64,000 nt of DNA from Leidyana gryllorum EB-2025a (taxonomy: Eukaryota > Protista > Apicomplexa): assembly GCA_048772705.1 (NCBI GenBank), contig JBLWGC010000115.1, forward strand, positions 63,728-127,727. Reading direction: 5' to 3'. The notes beneath the pieces were generated by a model that did not search any database, was not told the origin of the DNA, and saw only the letters and a list, made by a program, of their open reading frames with translations. Made by a program: the position numbers and the translations under genes. Positions 13,421-23,580 of the stretch are shown here, piece after piece; the stretch's first letter is position 1, and every line of letters starts with the position of its first letter.

Positions 13421-14650
13421 ATGCTTAGTCATTCTAGTCTCTTAGCCTTGGCACTGATCTGCTGCGTGGATGCTGTGGACTACCAAGGTCACTCTTTACA
13501 GTTTGATCGTGGTCTGACGCTTGCTGACGTATATGGGAACGTGACCAGAAATACTCGTTGGCGAGCGTCCAATCACATTCAGAATATCAAGGAGTATGTG
13601 AGAGCTGGAATCAGCGATAGTTTACAACGCCATAATTACCTCTCCCATCGTGCCCAACGAGCCTGTGATTTTGCTATCGATTTGTTGATTGTGCAAGATG
13701 CTACCGGGAGTTTCGAGAGGAATTTCGAGGTCACTGCCAACCGCACTCTCCCAGCGATCGCGCGCGAGATCCCTGCCGAACATCCTGGATCCACCTTCAG
13801 CATGATCACCTTCCGTGACAAACCGGTTCCAAGCTTAGGCGAGCTTGACGACGATTGCGTCACTGTCCAGAAGATTGGAGCCAAGGATCCGATGGAGTTA
13901 GCCGAAATCTACCAAAGTGAGGATCCCGGAAATGGTTGGGATACTCCCGAGAATCAATATGGCGCTTTGATGGTTGCCTTGAGCAGCCCCAAAACCATCC
14001 CCTGGCACACTAACCCCCTGGCGACCCCCATTATTGTCCTGATCACTGACAGCCGGCCGCACTTCCATGGAGACACGCAACACAAAGCTTTCGCGCAGTT
14101 GAAGGACTGGCCCGAAGACGGGTTCGACGAGGATGCTGCGGACGACATTTGCTCCCAGCACTACTATCCGAGTCCAGAGACGCTGCGAAACGCTTTGTGG
14201 GACGCTAAAGCCTACATGTCGACAATCATTGTCAGACCGGCAGGCTTTTCTGGCGATGCGGTGGACTCGTGGAAGTGGTTCAACAGCTACGCGGGATACC
14301 CGGATAGTTTTGTTCAACTGTGCGAGGACGATGATGAAGGGTGGGAGATTGAACTTCAGCACATTATCGACGCCGTTGAGGTCATGGAGTGCGGTGTTTC
14401 TACTACCGAGACCCCCACGAACGCCCCAGCGGGAGGCTCAGAGGAGGGTGTCACCCGCCCCGATGACGATATTACCACGACCCACCCGGAAGGAAGTGCG
14501 GCGACCGGTGGCAGCGATGTGGGGAGCGAGGATTGCCATTGTCAGGGTCAAGAGGACTGCCCTTGCTGGCAACAGCCCGACATCTTTGTAGCCTTGTACA
14601 AACGTGCCAAAGAATTGGATATTCACATGCGCAAGGAGGCGAGCGTTTGA
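13421..14650 (+). CDS. Secreted integrin-beta I-like (vWA) domain protein with T/E-rich linker and Cys-rich C-terminus
   Basis: ATG 13421 starts a signal peptide (MLSHSSLLALALICCVDA). Motifs CDFAIDLLIVQDATGSF (MIDAS DxTxS), FRDKP, GWDTPENQYGAL, LITDSRPHFHGD and YYPS occur in the order of the integrin beta I domain. Intronless. Confidence 0.85.
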   Translation: MLSHSSLLALALICCVDAVDYQGHSLQFDRGLTLADVYGNVTRNTRWRASNHIQNIKEYVRAGISDSLQRHNYLSHRAQRACDFAIDLLIVQDATGSFERNFEVTANRTLPAIAREIPAEHPGSTFSMITFRDKPVPSLGELDDDCVTVQKIGAKDPMELAEIYQSEDPGNGWDTPENQYGALMVALSSPKTIPWHTNPLATPIIVLITDSRPHFHGDTQHKAFAQLKDWPEDGFDEDAADDICSQHYYPSPETLRNALWDAKAYMSTIIVRPAGFSGDAVDSWKWFNSYAGYPDSFVQLCEDDDEGWEIELQHIIDAVEVMECGVSTTETPTNAPAGGSEEGVTRPDDDITTTHPEGSAATGGSDVGSEDCHCQGQEDCPCWQQPDIFVALYKRAKELDIHMRKEASV

Positions 14651-14777
14651 ATTTAAAACTTGACCTTCTGCATTTTTGATTTAAATGTGTACTGATGTAC
14701 TTTGAAGGAAAAAGGGGAGGTACCCAAGAAAGTCCTTAGCCGTCCCATTTGGACCGGGTGCTGAAACCTTTATTGTC

Positions 14778-15713
14778 ATGAATAAGGTGGTCATTTATTC
14801 ATTTGGCCTCTTGGCACTGGTGGAAGGGTCTCAGCACTCGCAAGGCAGGGCGGAATGTAGGTTCCCCTTGGACATTCTCTTCGTCAAGTCGGCCAACACT
14901 GATTTACGTTTTTCGGCTCTGGAGGCACTGAACTCATTGGGTCATGTGCTGTCAACATCCAACCCCGGCTCCTCCTACAGCATGGTAACTATGATGGGGA
15001 GCAGCTCATATGGAGGCACGTCATGTCTGCTACCCGAGAAACTAAATGTGGCCGACCCTGGGCAATTAGCCGATTCCTTCGAGACACTGCCCCCAGTTGT
15101 GGAACCGACCAGTGCCTCTAAGGCTCTTTTTACAGCAATCAATCCGAACTTCCCGTGGTCCCACCAGTCTGACGCAATTCCGTTGATCGTTTTTCTCACC
15201 AGCCAGTCACCGGATGACTTAGAGTCTGATGGCGACAACGACCCAATCTCCTCCTGCGTGGGAGCGGCGGATATCGATGCCATTCGTGCTACCCTCAACA
15301 ACTCCCCGGTATACGTCTCCACGCTGGCCTTCACTGAGGATGAGGAAGTGTATTCCAACTGGAGCGTATTCCAACACTATCTGGGGATGCCCGACTCACT
15401 CGTGGAAGGCATCAATCCTAATGAGAACTGGATCCCCAAACTGCTCAAAATGCTCCAAATCATCAGAGACTGGGAGTGCGGAGCTGACGATGGTCGCAGA
15501 TTAGCGGATTACTTTGATCTGCCAATCTTCGCCGCCACCGCCCCTTTTCCCATCGTGCAGAAGATACCCAACACTGAACCACTCGACGGAAACTGCGAGT
15601 GCCCACCAGAGAACCCCGATTGCTGTCAACGGAATCCGAAGGTCATGTTCATGCTCTACAAAAAGCCTCCTGTCGTGGACATCCATCTCAAAGGCGAGGG
15701 CTTGAGTGGTTGA
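14778..15713 (+). CDS. Secreted degenerate vWA paralogue of the upstream gene (MIDAS lost)
   Basis: Signal peptide. CRFPLDILFVKS, NPGSSYSMVT, FPWSHQSDAIPLIVFLT and WECG align to the upstream gene, and the C-terminal Cys motif is shared. Confidence 0.8.
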   Translation: MNKVVIYSFGLLALVEGSQHSQGRAECRFPLDILFVKSANTDLRFSALEALNSLGHVLSTSNPGSSYSMVTMMGSSSYGGTSCLLPEKLNVADPGQLADSFETLPPVVEPTSASKALFTAINPNFPWSHQSDAIPLIVFLTSQSPDDLESDGDNDPISSCVGAADIDAIRATLNNSPVYVSTLAFTEDEEVYSNWSVFQHYLGMPDSLVEGINPNENWIPKLLKMLQIIRDWECGADDGRRLADYFDLPIFAATAPFPIVQKIPNTEPLDGNCECPPENPDCCQRNPKVMFMLYKKPPVVDIHLKGEGLSG

Positions 15714-15761
15714 ATATTGAGTAGCTTTTATTGAATTTTAGTGAGTAGCAATTTTACACAT

Positions 15762-15775
15762 GGGTGCATGCACCC
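15762..15775. promoter_or_regulatory. Perfect palindrome GGGTGCATGCACCC containing the TGCATGCA ApiAP2-type motif
   Basis: Seen directly in intergenic DNA. TGCATGCA is a known apicomplexan ApiAP2-binding element. Confidence 0.45.
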
Positions 15776-15903
15776 TTTAGTGGCAAACAAAAAGAATTGG
15801 TACCCCACTAGCTTATGCACGGTATGTCACATATTACCGATCTTAAAGGGCACTACTGACCCGCTGCGGCAGCGCACATTCCATCAAATGGAGGGCAGTA
15901 GCT

Positions 15904-16953
15904 GCACAGGCTAAGGGTGAGTATTCGATCCAAGAGCCAAGCTTCATCCTCCTATACCATGTTGGCATTGCACGGGGAGCACGGATGTGCGACGGAGCGC
16001 GGATTGAGACTTGCTCGCAAGCCAGTCCGCGGCACCTGCACAGTCGTCCCCAGCATCTGGCGCGGGCGCCATCCCGACATAGGGATGAAGATATCTTTTT
16101 AGATATCTGACCGTGAAGTACAGGCGAGTGGATCTTGTCTCATCCCTTGATCAGGTCCTTGATGGGCATATGCCCATTATCACATCTTTTGTGATCTCTA
16201 CGTAGCTGCCATTTTGGAGGGATAGCTCAGGCAGGTCTTTGTGCTCCTCTTCCATAGTTGGTAGGCTTTTCCGCGGAAATGCGAGGCTGGCTCCCTCGCG
16301 CAAAAGGGCAACCGCGTAAACCGTAGAGCGTAGATCGTAATCGTAAACCGTAGGGGATATCACTGGAAGATAGGCAGCTAGTGCTCATGCAACAGTAGCC
16401 TCTTCATATGTGCATACATCCCAAATATAATTAACAACAAATGCCATATGCGCGCGCGGCACATTTTCAATACTAACAGCACACTAATACTCCTATCGTG
16501 TGTCGAAACGGCACACACGAGACACACACTGCAGCGAGATTGCATAGTGGGGGTCAAGCTGGCGATACCGCCAGAGTAATCTCATATTGATCAGCACTGC
16601 AGCGTAGTCGCTGATATCCGAGTGGACCGTTGATTATGGGCCTTGATCGGGCTGAAGGATAACCACCGGCACTTAAGCTGGTGGTGCCTCGAGCCGAATT
16701 GTAGCCCATTATGTGCGCTCTTTATCTCGTCTGCTCACAGTACAATTAGTATGGCTTAACTTGGCTTCTAAGATTTTTTGTGGCTCACCACAGGCACCGC
16801 GAGCTTGATAGGGACCCAAAAGGGATCTATCGACGCTTGCAGGCAGTCAGTGATGGTGTTCCCACGGTTTAAAGGCTCCAACGCGCACGTTGCCGGTGAT
16901 TGAACTCACTCGTTATCCCTACTAGAATACCCTCACCGTACCGGCCCTGTTGC
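15904..16953 (+). ncRNA. Candidate long structured non-coding RNA (~1.05 kb, family unknown)
   Basis: No credible ORF, many helices whose G-U pairs work on the + strand, and long-range pairings 15916-15926/16925-16937 and 15904-15910/16946-16953. Confidence 0.5.
16315..16355 (+). repeat. Imperfect tandem of CGTA-initiated 6-7-mers
   Basis: CGTAAAC CGTAGAG CGTAGAT CGTAAT CGTAAAC CGTAGGG. Confidence 0.7.
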
Positions 16954-17481
16954 GAGTGGAGGACAATTTCACTCAGGACGTGATCGAGATCATGTTGGAC
17001 GGGGTGATGTGTATTCCAACTATATTGGATATAAGAAGACCAATACTCTCGACTCGCCGAGCAGCTGATAGTCACAGACGCTGTCTGGAACGGGGTGATA
17101 TGGAGCAGATGGTATAAAAGAGCGGTTGAGCACAGCTAAGAACGGACAGTTGGGAATTCACGCAAGAGTGTGGTGCCCTGTTGCCGTCACATTTCAACTC
17201 TCACAATCTGCTCGTTACAAACCAGCACTGGGTGGGTGGCAATACCGGCACACCAATACAGGTGGACCCCGATGGAGCTCAGACGATCAGAACAGAACAG
17301 AACAAAGTCAGGCTTAGCCCAAAGCGAGATACTGGCGCGTTGATCTGAAGCCTCAGAGTGCGCGAGGAAGGCCTCTCAGGGGCGGTGGACAGGTCACAGG
17401 ACAGTGGCGGTGGACAAAACCCTCCATACTGCAGTCGTACTGGGGTTGTGAAAAAGAGGGGGCCAAAAAAGTTATAGCGTG

Positions 17482-18512
17482 ATGATCACTGTGCAGACTG
17501 GAGATGAGGCGGCCAGGAAATGGCCCTTGTGCGAGATGTTGATGGAGCACAAGGATCAGCTCTGGCGAGATTTGGACTTGGGGCAGCTGGTGACCTGTGG
17601 TGACGAGGTCTCAGTGCCAAGTACTGCTTTGATTGGGCACGGTATTGCCAGTGAAGAGGTGGCTGATGACTCTTTGATGGAAGAGGGTGAGGAGCCATCG
17701 GTGGAGAAGAAGGCTTTTGCGACGCTTACTGGGATTGTAACGCAAGTGAATCAATTACACTACGTGGAAGGAGTCCACAGCCGATATTTGCCGGAACCAG
17801 GTGACGTGGTGGTTGGTCGCGTGGTTGAAGTGGGACAAGGGAGGTGGTATCTGGACATAGGTGCTGTGTCCTTGGCGACCCTGCAGCTTACTGCTATATA
17901 CCTTCCGAGTGGTGAACAGAGGAGAAAGACCGAACAAGAAGCCGTTGATATGCGACAATTCTTTGTCGAAGACGATTTGGTTTCGACAGAGGTACAGAAA
18001 GTCAACATGGACGGGACCGTGATGCTACACACACGGAGTGCTCGATACGGCAAGGTACGAATGAATCTATATAAATGAACAAAGTTTGCAAACTCTGTTA
18101 ATTTCAGTTGGCTAATGGTTGTTGCGTATGCACACCGCCCACTCTGACGATGCGCTTGCCCCAGCACATGGTTCAACTGCGCAACGGGGTACACATTGTC
18201 ATTGGACGTAATGGGTAAGTCTTGGGTATGAATGGCAGCTCAAATTCGGTGTCCAGGTATCTCTTCATCAGCTCCACTCCGCAAGTAGGAGCCCAGGATA
18301 CATTGAACTTTGTGGACCAATCTCAACCTCGATACACCCCGGTCACTCTTGAGATCCGTCAGAAGATTGCCTTGACTCGAAATGCAGTTGTGTGGCTCGC
18401 TCGCAATTTCGTACAAGTATCTCCGCCTTTAATTGAGGCCGTCTGCGCCGCTGTGGAGCGTAATCGAGGATCGTTCAAGGACCTTTGGAAGGTTCTCTTC
18501 AATGTTTCGTGA
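17482..18512 (+). CDS. RRP4: Exosome complex component RRP4 (introns 18055-18107 and ~18215-18256)
   Basis: SRYLPEPGDVVVGRVVEV..WYLDI..LPSGEQRRKT..DLVSTEVQ..DGTVMLHTRSARYGK|LANG..IVIGRNGYLFI. Confidence 0.92.
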
Positions 18513-18534
18513 TTGGGACACGGTCAATCGCTCT

Positions 18535-20768
18535 TCAAGTCCACTGGATATCGCGAGCGCTGGGCCAAAAGCCCTTGCGCGGGGTGCTTGGACATGGAGC
18601 GGGCTTTTGGGGCATTGGTTCATCTTTGGGCGGCTTCCATTCTGGACTTGTGGGCAGTAGGCGTAATCTGGACCGTGGAAGGGGCCACGAGGTACGGGGG
18701 TGCAGCTGGAAGTCTGTGCTCTTATAATCACGGGAAGGATCATCCAGTTCTGGCGCGATATTGGGTGGCGAGCGGCGCAGATCCAGAAGACATCCTGCGA
18801 CGAAACGGTGCTGTTTGGGGCTCAACATGTCTCTTGGCAGACGTTCGAGCGCTGAACTTGAGTTGTCGAGTGTTTGTGGCCCTGGAAGAAGTCCCTCGGA
18901 TGGGTTTTGGAACCAAGGATGGTTGAGAGCTCCTTCGGCTGAACATCGCAACTCGGGATCTGCTTGCGTCATCCACGCCAACAAATTCCGAGCTTCTTCC
19001 GAGAACAGCCGGATCGGGCCAACTCGGAAGTTCAGGGAGCAGCGGGCGTTGTTATCGAGGACCTCTCTGGCACTCTTCCCACGGAAAGGCGGTTTGCCAG
19101 TGCACATTGTGTAAAAGATTATACCCGCTGAGAAGACATCACACTTGGTGCCGTACTTTTGGTTCCCCAGAACCTCTGGAGCTGTTGAAGCGTTGGTTGT
19201 TTTTGCGGGTTAGCAAGATTTACTACTTACCAACGTATCCAGGCGACCCGCACCGCATTGTCATTGTTTCACTGCCCAAGAACGCCGAGAGGCCAAAATC
19301 GATGACACAGACTGACGTCGGATCCTCCGCATCCAATAGCATTATGTTCTCCGTCTAAGATGAGGGTGTTGAATGGGAGACACACAGACATACCTTGAGA
19401 TCCCGGTGCACGATGCGTTTCCGATGTAGAGCTCTCAAGGCGAGGAGGATTCGTTTGATGGCGGCTTTGGTTTCTTCCTCCGTGAAGGGCCCTATTTGGT
19501 ATACAATGTCAGATGGTGGAGTTGTCAGAGATAGAAGTCGTACCTCTGCGTTTGATAAAGTCATACAAGTCCCCTCCCCGGACTAAATCCATGACAATGC
19601 AGAGTGTGTTTTCTGCATGTAGCTGTGCTCATGGAGATTGAATGATGGTACTAACCGTTTTCAAAGGCCGAGTGGAAACTGACAATGCTGGAATGTGTGA
19701 CGCGTCTGAGGACCTGAACCTCGGTGAAGGCGTTGGCGTGCTGGAGGCGTGTTTTTTCGATGGCTTTGATCACCACCTGCTCATTGGTATGCAATCTCTC
19801 TGCTAAGTACACCTGCGCAAAGCTCCCCGATCCCACGTGTTCCGTGATATTATAGATTTCTGAGAACGGAATGAACCGGGTGCCCGCCCAGCTCAGCACT
19901 TGCCACCAATGGCGCTGTGTGACGGGATCGGGCGGGCACTGAATCTCGAAAACGGCACTACCGCAAGCCAAGAAGATGCATGGCCCTCTCTCGGTGACAT
20001 TGGCTGTGAAGAATGTTTCGCGAAGTGGCAGTGGGACCGTCTCCTTGGGTCCGAAAACTAGTAAGGTCCAGTCCAAGTTGGCCAACCCCCTCTGGAGGAC
20101 CGCTTGAGAGACGTCTGGGGGTAGACTGGGGTTGCGTGCACCCGCCAAGAAGGGAGATACATCGCAGTACCTGAAGAAGATTGGATGAGAAGCAGTCGCC
20201 CGCCGTCTGCGCCCTACTTGCTACTGTTGCCGCCAGTACAAGGCCCAGGCCGCGAAGAATTGTCACGTTTGCTGGACCGTTTCAGCCCGACAGGGAGGTG
20301 CTGATCGTCCACAAATGACACTCCCGATCGACATGACCCTTGGTGCCTTCTACCACTCCGGTTGGGACAAGAGCAGTTCTCAGTTGGTGGAGCCCCCACC
20401 AGCGGCCGGTCTTTGAGTGTGTTGCATAGTAGCCTAATGATCTGCAAACTTGGAGCCATCCCTTCATAGGGAGGAATGGTAGTTGCAAGGTCAGCTGGGT
20501 TGACCGCTCGACCAAGACAGTGTGATCGTTGTAGTACTTGCTCTGCCATTCGTGTGAACTTATCCAGCCGTTGGAGATCTGCGAAACGTGAAGGGACAAG
20601 CTGCACTTCAATGTTATCTCCGTGTGTCAGAAGGAACTGATACCGCCGTCCACACAGTCCCCACACTAAGGCTGTCAAGGCTGGACCATTTAGCGAGTCG
20701 GCAGAGTCGTATTTCCTCATGGTAGGAAGGATGACATTGTGTCTGCGAGTGTCATCCCATATGGACAT
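18535..20768 (-). CDS. CAMK-group Ser/Thr kinase with an N-terminal extension (possibly PH-like); multi-exon
   Basis: VGSGSFAQVY, VVIKAIEK, IVHRDLK, IDFGLSA, RCGSPGYV and GKPPFRG..RCSAEGALNHPWF are spread over exons. The start codon is uncertain. Confidence 0.85.
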
Positions 20769-20825
20769 CTAGGTCGATGGTGGGGGGGTAGCATGTGCTT
20801 GTTGGGGGGAGAAAAAATTCTCTCT

Positions 20826-21968
20826 ATGAAGCGCCCCATCACTGAAGAGGATACCCCAGAGGCTAAACGGGCACGAACGGCCACCAAACAAGTGCTTGGA
20901 CCTGACAGCCTGGCTTCATGCCATCGTGCACTCGTTGGACTGGCCGCCGCTACCCGTGAGCGAGAACGGGGACGGTGTGTTGTGGAAGCTATACCCGGGG
21001 CCATCGAGCTGGTTATGGCCGCTGTTATGAACGTTGTGGGGGATCTGTGGGAGGCGTCAGTGGTGCTCAGCCACATTCGCATCGACGCGGGTGCTCATAA
21101 GATGCTTGAAAATCTCATCCAAGATGAAGTGGGCCCGGCTCAACGCCTAGAAGCTCTCAAAGCCTTCGACCGAGAGCAGGTGGGGTTTCGTGACGCGCTT
21201 ACTGTAATCCATAAGTGCTATCTCTGTTAGAGAGCAAAAGTACCGTCTATAACCAAAAGCCCTCTGGTGCCAGGAGGGGCGCTCGGTGCAACTGATGATG
21301 ACGGATCTCGCTTCGAAGGTGCCAGTACAGTGACCAAAGGTCGCGGCAGAGGAGTTACACGTAAACGAGGCCGAAAGGGGGCAAGTGATCTCACAGCAAC
21401 TGAGAGCCACGCCAATGAGTCGGTATTCAGTAATTTGCCCAATCGCCCTGGGGGACCTCCAGATGCTCTGAAGCATCAGTTATTCAGTGAACCCGAAACC
21501 GTAAGATACCTACTCAAGCACCCCTTCAGCATCATGTGCCTCTGTGTATAGAAAGTTGCTGAGGAGACGAACTCGATAGCAGAAATGGCTCGCGAAAAGA
21601 CACTTGTCAATAGACGACAGGCGGAGCTGAATCGTGACGTACTGCCCATCGATGTCGAGTGTGCGTTACGTCTCTGTCACAATAACAACAGGGATCCATT
21701 GATCGCGGCGCCATTGAGATTCAAGTAAGTGTTTATTTATGCCGAGGTTTCAAGAGACGGACACCGTCATCACGACAGGAAACACTTTGCGATGTGCAGT
21801 TCGCTGCACTATGAGGCCTTTCTAGATCGGCTGGCGGCCATGCGCGCACCTCATCACAATGCTCCAAACGCTATAAACAATCCGCCCCAGCCACCACGGC
21901 CTCACCCCGGTCATATGCCCCCCCACCCAAGTGCCGGGCCGCCAGGTGTTATGGGGAGGCCTCAATGA
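20826..21968 (+). CDS. Putative TAF4-like histone-fold protein; multi-exon
   Basis: NLS-like MKRPI..KRAR. The helical segment ending LSHIRID resembles the TAF4 histone fold (..SEHRVD). Later HANESVF and NRDVLPIDVECAL resemble TAF4 C-terminal motifs. Pro/His-rich tail. Confidence 0.4.
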
Positions 21969-22016
21969 CAAGTTCTCGCATGCACTCTTCACCCACCAGA
22001 GTACAGTGCCGACTAT

Positions 22017-22604
22017 CTAGGGTTGTAATACATCTGCTGCAACCAGTCCTGGGAAAGCTATATATTGTTGTTCTTCTTCTTCTGCTGGGCGGTACGTTTT
22101 GGGCGTCATGAGTCCTTGGCTGAGGTCTGCGAGAATCTTCTGCCCCTTCCAGTCCAGAAACATGGATGAGAGCCCTTGGAAGAAGATATCCCAGCCGTCG
22201 GTCCAGAGCTCTCGAATGTGGTCGGGATCCATCATCGTGCTCAAGGACCGCATGACAGCGAGCTGCAGCTCAAATCTGCCTCTCTTGGTGCCATGGCCGT
22301 ACATTGTGCTCTCGAGATCCGCTAACTTCTCATTGAGGTTCCGGGTCAACAGGGTGAAGACGTTCCGTTTAAGCTCTTGTGCTGCCAGGGGGTGCTTAAC
22401 ACGGCCCACCAGCACTTCATTCATAACTCGAACGAGAGTGACCAATTGTTGCTTCGTCTGGAGGGATGTTTGAGCAGTTGCAGCTTCCAACACGTTCAGT
22501 TTTGGACAACGGAGGTTCATGGTGAGTCGGTAATCGCCATGCTGGAACCCTGGCCCCCCCACAACTTTTCGGCACAAACCTATTTTCCGATTACTGGACA
22601 CCAT
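22017..22604 (-). CDS. Hypothetical protein (195 aa)
   Basis: Open frame with ATG that fills the gap between neighbours; no motif recognised. Confidence 0.6.
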   Translation of the reverse strand: MVSSNRKIGLCRKVVGGPGFQHGDYRLTMNLRCPKLNVLEAATAQTSLQTKQQLVTLVRVMNEVLVGRVKHPLAAQELKRNVFTLLTRNLNEKLADLESTMYGHGTKRGRFELQLAVMRSLSTMMDPDHIRELWTDGWDIFFQGLSSMFLDWKGQKILADLSQGLMTPKTYRPAEEEEQQYIAFPGLVAADVLQP

Positions 22605-22653
22605 CTGGACTCCGACCCTTTGCTGTTGGGAATATCGTTGAGAAGTGACCCAA

Positions 22654-23574
22654 TCACTGTTGATGACTCACCGGAATAACTAATCCAGCCACTTCAAAAG
22701 TGACTCCCACATCCTTCAGCGATGGATTGTTCACAATACGGAACAGACGAGCTAAGCGTTTCTCCATCTTGCGCATCTGGCGGTGTTGTACGTTCTGTAC
22801 TGTATAGGATACGAATGGAACGGCACGACTCGGGCGGTACATCATTTGATACACTTCCAAAAGCAGTGGCACGCCCTCCCCGCAGGTGTAGTCCACAAAC
22901 CTGCCGAAGGAGTCCCGTCCACGTGCAGAAGCTCTGGGTATGAGGGGCCCCTTGTTCAATCCTGTCCGTTCCAAGATAGGCGCCGAGTCGTCGTAGTGGT
23001 ACGCCTGAGACGCACCCCCAAAGTGAATACAGGTTGCGTAATCAACTTTGCTTACCAGTGAGTGGTTCATGATGGCGAAGGCGTGAGTTGAACTCATCTC
23101 GTCGAGATTACGCGATGAGCAGCCGGAGCATTGGATCTTGTAGACCTGATTGGGATCTTTGTTTTGGCTGAGGGCCATGGCACCCCAAGTACGCGATTTT
23201 CGGCATCCGTGGGCGAAGCAGAGGGAGCTCCCGTACTGTCGGAAGCCCGATCCAGGGTCCATTCTAGCCCAATCGGGCAGAGAAGCCCCGTCTCCGAAGA
23301 CGTTGATGTTCCTCATATCTTTGCTCGTTGGTGCTTGGCACAGCGAGCCGGTCAAGTGCTTAGCTTCCCATTCAATTTTGTGACGCCGTACAGTATCTCG
23401 CCATCCATCGTTTTTGACAGACTTCTCGGGGTACCAATATTGGCCAATGTTTGATATTATCGACACAAGTCTGTCCTTGGATGTGACGGCTTCTTTCTTC
23501 TTCGCCCTAGCCGACTTGGCCGTTGCGACTGTCAGAGACGCTAGCACCCATGTGACAAAGTAGCGCAACCGCAT
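22654..23574 (-). CDS. Hypothetical secreted Cys-containing protein
   Basis: ATG at 23574 gives a signal peptide (MRLRYFVTWVLASLTVATA). About 306 aa, intronless, no family recognised. Confidence 0.7.
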   Translation of the reverse strand: MRLRYFVTWVLASLTVATAKSARAKKKEAVTSKDRLVSIISNIGQYWYPEKSVKNDGWRDTVRRHKIEWEAKHLTGSLCQAPTSKDMRNINVFGDGASLPDWARMDPGSGFRQYGSSLCFAHGCRKSRTWGAMALSQNKDPNQVYKIQCSGCSSRNLDEMSSTHAFAIMNHSLVSKVDYATCIHFGGASQAYHYDDSAPILERTGLNKGPLIPRASARGRDSFGRFVDYTCGEGVPLLLEVYQMMYRPSRAVPFVSYTVQNVQHRQMRKMEKRLARLFRIVNNPSLKDVGVTFEVAGLVIPVSHQQ

Positions 23575-23580
23575 ATGCAA

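Noticed and set aside
16440-16780. Assignment as RNase P/MRP, SRP, U3 or a spliceosomal snRNA
   Set aside because: Diagnostic conserved motifs could not be located by eye on either strand; left unassigned.
15917-17317. Short ORFs in the large gap (15917-16102, 16151-16363, 16869-17075, 17126-17317)
   Set aside because: Non-ATG starts, no motifs and no consistent splice model; the structure signal fits an RNA better.
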